Source: a virus (taxonomy: Duplodnaviria; Caudoviricetes). From it: a stretch of DNA of 30,552 bases. Positions 8,289-18,900 of this stretch are shown in pieces; the stretch's first letter is position 1; every line of letters starts with the position of its first letter. A program made the position numbers and the translations under genes. The stretch lies in IMG/VR virus record IMGVR_UViG_3300030330_003398, positions 1-30,552 of that record. One strand, given 5' to 3'. The notes below the pieces were generated by a model. It had not been told where the DNA came from, searched no databases, and saw only the letters and a program-made list of their open reading frames with translations.

Positions 8289-8639
8289 TTATTTACTACT
8301 AGGCGCAACTTCAGAGCCAATAGAAAATAATTCAGCTCGAAAATGAGATCTATTACTTATTTTAACTTCAGCATAATAACCTAATAAGCTTACATCATTA
8401 ACTCTTCTGTCTTTTGTAAACATAACAAAATCTTGTAAACCAGGAGTATTATCAACAGGCTGTTCAATAGTTAAGACGTTACCATTTATACCTATTATTT
8501 TACCTATTTTTTTTGGTGCAATAGCAAGTTCGTTTACTTCCATTGAAGTTCCTGAAACAGTTTCAGTTGAAACAAAAAAAGCAATGTCTCCTATTTGTAA
8601 AGAATCATTTTGTATTGATGGTGATATTGTTATATCCAT
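8289..8639 (-). CDS. Small tail-associated protein resembling the C-terminus of muzzle/stabilisation proteins, 116 aa
   Basis: Ends LLGYYAEVKISNRSHFRAELFSIGSEVAPSSK, a pattern I recall as the terminal strands of related tail stabilisation proteins. Beta-rich. Confidence 0.55.
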   Translation of the reverse strand: MDITISPSIQNDSLQIGDIAFFVSTETVSGTSMEVNELAIAPKKIGKIIGINGNVLTIEQPVDNTPGLQDFVMFTKDRRVNDVSLLGYYAEVKISNRSHFRAELFSIGSEVAPSSK

Positions 8640-8651
8640 ATTTTTTTTATT

Positions 8652-9917
8652 TTAAGAACCTACGTTTACAGCTATAAATCTATCTAAATCTAAATTTATA
8701 GTTCTATTAGCTCTTGGTTGTTGTGTTATAGTTACAGACGCTATTATATTTATTTTTCTACAAGTAGTAAATGTTAAAATAGTTCCTTGAGATATGTTAA
8801 TTTGATCTACTTGAGCTGTAATAGTACCAGCGCTAGAGCTAGCACTTACACTTTGTACTATATTAGCAGATGAATTATCAACATTTAAACCCTTAATAGC
8901 AGAACCTTTTCCAACACCATAAGTTCCATTTAAAGCTATTGTAGCAGAACCATCAGAATCTGTACGAACAGTTTTTGTTAAAGTTTCTTCTTGAGCTGAA
9001 ATACTATTTACCACAAAGTCACAACCTATAGCTTTTTGTATAATATCAGCTCCTTTTGCTTCTATTGTTAATGTTATACCATCTGCAAACGTTTGGGCAC
9101 TACTTATAGTTAAAGTTTTTGTAACAGTGTCTATTTCTGTTATAGAAGGCTCACCGCTTAAACTACCACTACTAACTTTTGTTATAACCATCCCAACTAC
9201 TATATCTGTTAAATCATCAACAACTACTGATGTTCCACTAGAAACAGCGCCGTTAACAGTTTCTGTTGTTCTAAATATAAAAAAATTAGCAGTAGGTTGA
9301 ATGTCTAAATCTAAACCAAAACCATGACTATCATTTTCTACATTTTCTACTGTAAAATTTATATTAATAGTTTCAGAATCTTCAGTTATTGGAGGCGCAA
9401 CTCTAGTAGAAGTTGGAAAAGTTTTATAATTACTTGTATTATGCGTTACAGGTGTAAATGTTACAGTTGTATCACCAATTTGACTTAAACTAGTAGTAAA
9501 TATATTTTTACTCCCACTTGTAGTTGACTGTATTTCTGTACTTGAGTTTGGTAGTGAATACAATAATATATTATAATTAGCACTTGTAGAAGCTGGAAAT
9601 ATAATATTTTTTTGAAAGGTTTCACCTTGCATTAACACTTTTAAATTTTTAGTAGTATCAAAACCAACAGTAAACTCGTTAGTATTAAAATTGTAAAACT
9701 TAACAGGATCACTATTATCAAAAAGTTGAATGTTAAAAACAGAATTTGGATTAGCGTTAATAGTTAAAGTTCTACTACCTCCTACAGCTTCTAAATCACT
9801 AGTATCAATATCAATAGAGTTTACAAAACTAGTTTGCACTTCTTGTGTTCCAACAAGTTGTGGTTGTTGCTGCTGTAAAGTTTGAGTTTGTTCTTGATGA
9901 TATATATTATGTGGCAT
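8652..9917 (-). CDS. Putative tail structural protein, Thr/Ser/Ile-rich beta protein, 421 aa
   Basis: Beta-rich, with two internally similar modules (TTETVNGAVSSGTSVVVDDLTDIVVGMVIT...TLTISSAQTFADGITLTI and TKTVRTDSDGSATIALNGTYGVGKG...TITAQVDQINISQGTILTF). Located in the tail block. Confidence 0.55.
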   Translation of the reverse strand: MPHNIYHQEQTQTLQQQQPQLVGTQEVQTSFVNSIDIDTSDLEAVGGSRTLTINANPNSVFNIQLFDNSDPVKFYNFNTNEFTVGFDTTKNLKVLMQGETFQKNIIFPASTSANYNILLYSLPNSSTEIQSTTSGSKNIFTTSLSQIGDTTVTFTPVTHNTSNYKTFPTSTRVAPPITEDSETININFTVENVENDSHGFGLDLDIQPTANFFIFRTTETVNGAVSSGTSVVVDDLTDIVVGMVITKVSSGSLSGEPSITEIDTVTKTLTISSAQTFADGITLTIEAKGADIIQKAIGCDFVVNSISAQEETLTKTVRTDSDGSATIALNGTYGVGKGSAIKGLNVDNSSANIVQSVSASSSAGTITAQVDQINISQGTILTFTTCRKINIIASVTITQQPRANRTINLDLDRFIAVNVGS

Positions 9918-9936
9918 AGTTAATATTTATTACTTA

Positions 9937-12900
9937 TTAGTAAGTCGTTGTTGGAGTAGTTGGTGGAGTTTGAGTAGGTTGAATAACAGTTACACCACCT
10001 GGAGGAGCACCTGGGCCTTGATTTTGTGCGGCTGGTATAGATATATTACTAATAACACCTAATCCTTGAAAAGAAAAAGCACCAGTATCTAGTTCTCCAG
10101 AACTAAATCCTTTTATATGGTTAAACCATTTACCTTCTTTTTCAATAAACTCTTTAACACTACCTCTTTGCTTGTTAGTTGCAATATAATCAACTTTCCA
10201 ACCCGCTATATTTATTTGATTATCAAATCTTATAGTACCCTCAGCATTAAAATCTGTATTGCTATTATACCTTACTACATTAGCTTGACTACCTTCATAA
10301 TTTAAAGTGTTAAATATTTTTACTAAAGAAGGCTCTTGATTAAATATAGTTGTAACATGTGAACTTGTTATATGGTTTAAGTTTTGATCATAAAATTGAT
10401 TTCTATTTTCATTTGAATGGTGTTGATATAACTTACCATTTCTTATAGTAAAATATTGTTTAGACAAACTAAGTCCATTTTCAGGTATAAAAGATTTAAA
10501 ACTAACCCAACCTTTGTTTTCTTCATTAAACGTTATAGTTCTAGGAGTAAATTCAGCTGAAACCGCACCCATAAAGAAATTATCTAAAGTACCTACAACA
10601 GGACCTGTTGGATGTCCAAAAATACCCATGTTTTCTACAAACTCAATAACAAAAGTGTTTGTTAATTCACCAGGATTAATTGTCTCCGCACCAACTTCGT
10701 GCACATGGTCATAATATGCAGGAGAACCAGGTATAGTCGTAGCTGGCAAACTAGTAGCGTTAGAAGGGCTGTAAGAACCACCACTACCAGATACAGCATG
10801 ATAAGTTCTAAAACCTTGACCTTGACTATTAAAATAATAACATTGAATAGCACCAACTGATAAGTTGTGAGAAAACCTAATATTAAATCTATCTCCAACA
10901 TATGTTTCTTGATTAATATATTGTTCTATTCTCATAGTGTTTGAAGCTCCATTTAATACTATTTTACCATCTTCAAATAAAATAGGTATTGGAAGTTGTG
11001 AAGCGTCAAAGCCAGTAAACTCCCAAGCATCAGCATAACCACCAGTTATTATACTGCTTTGATCAAAAAGATATATATCTTTAACGTTAGCAGTTAATGG
11101 ATCTGAATCTAAGCCGCTTATTGATATAACATTACCATCAGCATTTACCTCTGCCGCTGTAGGCCAATTATAACCACTAAGAGTGTCATATGTTTCAATA
11201 TCAGCAGTTGAAGAATAATCTACACCATCTTTAGTAATAGTTAATATTGATATATTATGATTATTAGTATCTTGTAATACTTCAAAAATAATTTCATAAA
11301 CACCGTTTTCTTCAACTAAAATATGCAAACCATTCCAAGCAAAACCTGCTGTATTAGCATATGTTCTTAATTGTAACCTTAGTTTACCGCTTACATAATC
11401 ACTAACTGTAAATTTAAGTCTATAGTCATCAGAAGTTGGTAATAAAAAATAATCAGTACTTTGATCAACGTCAAACCTTTGTCTAAAATTATTAGCTCTT
11501 GTTGCGTTTTCAAACTTAAACATACCGCCTTCTAAATACGCTCTTTTAGGTGTGAAGCTATGTCTTCTGATTTTACTATCGTGTTGTGGATTACTAATAA
11601 AAGCATCTCCATCCCAGTTAGTAGCAGTGCCATCTTCAAACTTTTCTGATACGTCAACAAAATTAATAAATTCAACGTCTCCTTTAAAATTCCAAAACCA
11701 TAACTTAACTTTATCAGTGCCATCAACTATATTTCTACTATCTTGGTGTACTTGAAAAATACCTCTATAAACATCACTAGTAGGACTATCAATTAGTGGT
11801 GGTTGATTTGTAACACCCATTAAATCATATCCAGACATAGGGTCTTCATAGTAAGACTGTGTAGGATCTGTTATTCTTAATAATTGAAAATTTCTATTAC
11901 CACCAACTGCTAAGTTTGCTGCATTTGTACTATTGACATTACCAAAAAAACCATATAGTTCACCTGCTGAAACTGGATCTTGCATGTCTATATTATTATA
12001 TGAAACAGCTGGGTTTCCATATGTTATTTTACCAGTACCTGCGCCATAACCGTTTGGATCAATCATAGCTTCTATAAAAACAGCATTTGGATAAGAATTA
12101 TCTAGATTTTTAACAAAAACATCTATCATATACCATTGACCAGCAGCAAGATTAGTTGAGCCTAAATCTTGACTTATATAACTACTTGACGTAGAATCAA
12201 TACTTACAACATCATTACCAAAGTCATGTGTTGCTTGAGATGTGACATTATGTGTAGTTGTACTTGTTTGTAGAGGTGCTGCTAATCCTAACGCTTGAGC
12301 TCCAAGATTTGTTGCTAATATATCAGTGCTTACAGTATTATTCGGAAAACCAGGTGGTTCGTTCCAACTATAAGTAATATTATTAATAATCTCACTACTA
12401 GTTTGATTTATTATAGCACTAGTGTCAGTGTTTTCGCCCCAAAAAGCTTTAGCATTTGCAGCTCTTATAATATCTCCTAACTGAGCACCACCAAGAAAAG
12501 AGATCCAAGTGCCATTAGGTGCTGTTGCCTGTTTAAAATTACTATTAAAATTTATCCAAGCAGGAACAGCTATTGGTGGAATTGGTGCAACTGCTGAATG
12601 TGTTATTTGACCTGGATTATAAGGTTTAGAAAGACTAAATATTTTATCAATTTCAAATTCTTGTAAAAAGAAAACTTGACCTTTATCAATATTGTTGTTA
12701 TGAGTACCAATTTGAACATTAAGATCTTCAACTACAACTATATCTTTTCCACCAATATTTGAACCATCTAAATAACCAGATGTTTGTTGAAATGGAACTG
12801 TTTCGTTTGCGGCATTATAATTAGGACTTTTAAATTTGTAATATATTTCATAATTAAACTCATGTAAACCGTAAATATAACCTCTATCTTGCTGTCCTGA

Positions 12901-15900
12901 ATTTTGTGTAACGGCACTAGATAAAAAATCACTTACAAATCTAACGTAATTATTGTTTGTAACTTTACCTCTAGATTGATGAAAATTATAAGTAGGATTA
13001 GCTTGATAACCTACTTTTTTATCATAATCATTAGCTAAACCAAGAGGATTTGAAGCGGTTATATTTCCAGCTGAGCCACTTGTTCCAGGAGTAGTACTAT
13101 GTGTATTATAAGGATCAACATTGACATCAGTGCCTACATAACCAGCTGTACTTGCGTCAAACAACGAATTAGCGCCAACTGGATATTCAGCATCCATTAA
13201 TTTAATTTGTATGTTTGCAAAACCTCTTGACGAATAACTAAAAGGCTGATTATTAAAATATTGTTGAGAACCAATACCCTCGCGTAAATAAGTAGTTGTA
13301 AGTTTTAATATTTTAAATCTAATCCTTATTTCGTCTCCAGCGAATATTGTAGTATCGTTGGCTCGGTTAAAATATCCAGTTTGACCGCCTTTTCCATAAG
13401 GTGTAAAACCTCCACCACTTAAAGCGCCAGGTAAAGAAGGCGCAACGCCAACGTTAATTCCATTTAAAAGACCAACTTGTATATTTTGAGGATCATCAGG
13501 CCAATTTTTAACATTACTACTAACGTTTCCATCAGGTCTTTTATTATTAACCACTGAAGAAGAAGCTTCAACAAAACTTCCATCTGCTCCAGGACCAAAA
13601 TTATTGTTTCCTTGTATTCGTGTTTGTGGAGAAGAGTAGTGTTTACCAGGAAGAACCATACCCTTTTGATTTTCTGTTAAGTTAAACATTGGACCAAGAG
13701 GTGGTGGTGTAAAATTAGGATTATTACCAGGAAATAAGTTAGATGAATTACTCCCACTTGATGTGCCACCTATACCAATATATGCAGATATTATACCAGA
13801 AGTATATTCATTAGTAAAACCAGGTACAGTAGATCCTGAAAATGAGCTAGTAGTATTAGTGTTTCTTAAGTTATAATAACGATAAAAAGGAGAACAACCT
13901 CCATCATGAACTAGAGTTTTTGCCGTAAACGTATTATCGTCATTAGTAAAAGTATTAGTATAATCAGAATCACTAAGAAGAGTAGAGCCAGTGTCCCAAG
14001 TCCAATTATGTTTAGGCGCATAGTGCCCATTACCAGTGTCAAATGTTTGACTAAAAACACTAGGATATACTTCGTTATTTGCTGGATTAGTAGGATTTGC
14101 AAACCCTTTGTCTTCTCCAACGAAATTTAAACCAGCAAAATTTGGATCAATACTTCCTTGTGTAAAGTCAAAACTTGCAATATTATAATTATTTGAGGTA
14201 AATTGAGCCGCTTCTGCAGGCCAACCTTGTTGACCACCAAAAGGAGTGTTCATAGTATTACCAGTATAGCCTGGATAAAAATGCCCCTCAGGTATTGCAG
14301 CGTAAAGTCTATAATTTACTTGGCTTGCAAGATCTCTATTGTCTATTGAAGTGTTTTGTCTTAAGTTATCTGGATTACTGTAGGCTTCTGGATATGATAA
14401 CTCTGCACCTACAGAATTAACACCATTTTCAATAAGATTTGTTGCTGGAGAAATTATATTTGTTAAGTTTTGGCCTTCTTCTATATTAGCATTAGTTAAA
14501 ATATTTTGAGAAAATTTAGATAATAATGTTAAATTATATTCTTTTTTATACTCATCATAAGTACCTAATAATTCAGTAGGAGCTAATAGATGATCTCTAA
14601 ACCAGTCTCTCATACCTATGTCTGATATAGGTGTTAAACCGTCCATAGATAATCTTAAAACAGCTCCACGTTGTTTGTCTGTAAAATAAGCTCTATAACT
14701 TTCTCTAGCAAAAGATTCTGGATTTTTTGATATACCATAATCACCGACAAAAGGTGTTGCAGTACCTAATACTTTATTAGAAGCGATTAGTTGTGGATTA
14801 CCATCTGCATTAAATATAGTATCTTTACCTGCTACTATATCTACTATTCTATCTTCACAAAAAGCAACTAATCCAACTCTTCTTTGAAATAACTTTTGTA
14901 TACTACCATAAGTAGGATTTAAATCTTTTGTTATTTTCTCAGCCATTATAAACTGATTCAAATTATTAACATTAGAATCAGCATTATATATTCCAGAATA
15001 AATTAATCCACTAGTTCTATCTTCTTCACTATAACGTGTGTCTATAGTAGAAGAAACAATTGGACCATTACCTAAAAACATTTCATTAAATCCGTCTTTA
15101 ATTCTATTAGACTCAATACCGTTTCCAAATGTAAAGCAATTATACCAACTTAATCCAAACTTTAAATCTTTACCAATATTAGGATCAATTATAAATCTAG
15201 TTTTATATTGAACACCATCTATTTCAATACCATTAGTATTACCTGGATCTGCAGGTTGAGTAGCTAATCTAGCAGTATTATAACTACCATCTTTTTTGTA
15301 AAAAACTATTTCAGTATTTGAATAGTTTATCTCATCATTATTATCGTCTTCAAAAAGAAAACCAGGACTTAACTCAAACTCTGTATCACTAATCCAATTA
15401 ACTAAAGTGTTTTTATATTGATTAAAATCAGAGTTGTATATAAAAGACTTAAAACCTGAAGACTCTACAGTACAACCTATAGGTGCAAAATGATCATTTG
15501 TTGTAGATGTTATAGTTGTCGGTATAGCTGGACTAGCTTCATGATATATTTCTAAATCAGTAGTTTCTTTTGGTTCTGTTTCCCATATAATAGGTTTTTG
15601 AGAATCTATTTTTAACAAACCACTTGTAGGAGCTACAAACTCAATAACACCATTATTTACAGTATCAATATTTGAGCCATCAACTGGATTGTAAGCATTA
15701 GTTCTTATTCTATCTACTTCTATTATATAACAAAGCCTTCTATTATTAGCTCTTCCAAAATCTTTAATTTTATCTGTAAAAGCTGTTAATTTTGCAGCGT
15801 CTCCATTTGCACCGTTAGAATCTAAAGTTTCTGCCCATGCTATTCCATTTTCTTCTACACTTGAAAGTGCGTCTATAATATCACCTCCCCATCTATATGA

Positions 15901-18900
15901 ATCAGGATCATTAGAATCATCAGCTCGCAACATAGCTTTCCAAGTTGTATGGTTATATATCTTTTTAACAGATACATTTGTTATATTATAAATAGCACCA
16001 CTAGTGTCATCTATAAATCTGAACTTACTACCAACATTTATATTGTCAATAAACTCTTGTATTTTACCGTCTTCATCATTTGGAAAACATGGATTCCATT
16101 GGTTGTCATGTCTTTCTTTATATCTAATATCATAACCTACAGAATACTTTACGTTAGGACCTGGTGCTTCTTGTCCAATATCATTTGGTTTTATTTTGCT
16201 TTTACCTTCCATTGGTAAAGAAAAAAGATCGTTATTGGTTCCAAAAGGAGCTCCATTTTTTGTAGTAAAAACACCACCTCCCCAAATACCTTGAAGAAAC
16301 TTACCTATAAAACCATTTTCACTAGGATATATTTTTGTAGCGCTGGAACTAAATGTACCTTGGTGCAAATCTATTCCTGGAGCTAAAAATGATAAATGTA
16401 AATAATGTTTACCTCTAGCTGTAGGTTTTCCATAAGTGTTATCAAAATAAGCTTCTGTACCATACAAACCTTTACCTTTGTAGGCTCTCCATCTTCTTCT
16501 ACCGTTTTTAGTAATATGCTCGTTATTTACATTTTGAAGTAAACCTTCTAAACCATTTACAGTTTTAGTAGCGTCATAACCTTCTGGATATTGAACAGTT
16601 TGAGTAGCCATATATTGCCATCCATTACGAACAACTGTATCTGTATTTATAGGTCCTAAAACTGAGGAAGGTAAATTTGATGGAAGTGCAGTTGAGCTTT
16701 CTAAAACGCCACCATTTGCAAGTTCAGGATATTTTGCTCCAACCCAAATAGGTGGTTCTGGATAATAAGCTTTGTTGGCGTTCCATATTTGCCCAGAGTT
16801 TTTAGCATAGTTGTTACTAGATATTTGACCAGCAGCCATATACATATTATCTATAAAAAACCTTCGAGAACCTGTATTGTTTATTAAAAATGTCCACCTG
16901 TTTACAGTAGAAGTAACATTATAACCACCATTTTTATCATGAACAGCATTTGAACCTGGCATTGTTCCATTTAAAGAGGTGTTTAACACACCGTCATCAT
17001 AAGAATTGTAATTAGTAGTAGTTGCTTCATCTGCAAACCAATAAACATCACTACGCCCTATACTTGTAAATTGTTTTAAATTTACTGTTTCAGTGTCAGA
17101 AATAATATCGCTATATACTAATTTATCAGAAACTACTTTTGCAAAAAACTTACCAGAAAAAAGCTCTAATCTTCTTTCCCTTCTGCCTTCTATTAATATT
17201 ACTAAATCATCACTTAAAGTATTACTAAAAGCATCTGTAGCAGAAGCTAATTTAGAGTCTTTTTCAGATATATCTCTATCTAAAAGAAAAACGTAGTTTG
17301 CGTTTATTCGTATATTTACAATTTTATACTTATCAGAATACTGTAGTTTTTCACCATTTAAACCCTCGTCTATAAACCAAGAAATATAAAGATCTTTTGG
17401 CATTTCTATTCCGTCATCTTGTGTATCACCAATGCCTAAAATAGCACCTTTTTCACCATGCCATTTGCCTTTATCTATAATTAAACGTCTTGGATCAACA
17501 GGATTAGCAGGGCTTGCTGACATATAAGAAAACAAACCATTAACAGCGTTGGCACCGCTAGTTGTATTTAAATAATTAGCACTGTTACCTGTGTTATCAT
17601 TAAGTGGATAAGATCCTTTTTGACCCACAGCACCAAGAGAATAATATTCATATTTAATAAACTCTGGAGCTTCATTTTCTATACTTAATATTTTAAATTT
17701 ATTTTTATCATTTACTAAAGTTTCTCCATTACCAAGTTTTCTTTTTAATGTTATATAGTCATTTTCAGCAATTTTATTTCTTTCAGAAGAAGGAAATGAA
17801 AGCCACATATGATCAGCAGATCCTTTTTGAGATATATCTTCTGGAATAAACGCATTATCCATTATTATATTATAATACTCTCCAGAAGTTTCTTTTACAA
17901 AATACTTTATATACTTAGCAAAACTTGGTGGGTCTTCACTTAAAACTACATTTAATTGTTGAGAAACTGTTGATGATAACGAACCTTCTTTATTTCTCCA
18001 AGGTATTTTTACAGCACTTTTGTTAGAACTAAAAACAGGTGTTTCTCTACCATGTTTATCTATAAAAACAACACCTAATTGATAATTTCTTTGTGACTTA
18101 ATAGATGGTAAAGCATAGTTGTCAAAAGAATAACCTTGAGTCTCAAAATCACCATTATAAACTTTATTTACATAAGACTCATAATCTCCAAGGACGTAGC
18201 TTTCTCTAGCGTTGTAATCAACTTCAATTTCAGGTATATTTGTTTCTATATTATAATTTTGAGTATAATTACCATATACAATTCTATTACCAGTTATTTC
18301 TTGAGCTAAAGCTTTTTTAGGAACATTATCCCAAGGTCTTAATAATTGATTTTCTGGAATAGCTGCTCTTATATTTTCTGTTTCAACAATATATTTTCCT
18401 TTAAAACTATCTCCAAATAATATATGTTTTGCTTCAGACGCAGCTCTACCATGTTTAGTAGAAGCTAAATATCCAATATTGTTATCTTGACCAGATCCAA
18501 TACTATGCCATTCAGTACTTAAATGTTTTATACTAGCTATAGAATAAACAACAGGAGAGTTTTCTTGTTTATATAATATATCTACCTGTACAACGTCTTC
18601 TGTTGTTTCTGAAGATATAAAATCAGAAAGTTCTACAGAATAAACAGTATTAACCATAGAAGTATTATAACCTTCTTTTTGATCGTATGCTAAGTCTTTA
18701 TTTTTTCTAGATTTATGTTCAGGAGAAAAAACAACATCAGTAAAAGGTGCTAAAGCAGAATATTGATTGTCAGAGTATTTGTATCTATAAGAGAACCTAG
18801 GAAATATGTTTTCAAATAAAGAGTCTTTAGCCGTACTCACTTCATTACCTTCTAAACCTAAAGTTGGCACATTCATTTTACCATTAGTAGCTTCGTAATT

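Noticed and set aside
6938-8290. AATAGTAAAA shared by two intergenic gaps
   Set aside because: A short A/T-rich match overlapping stop-codon runs, expected by chance.
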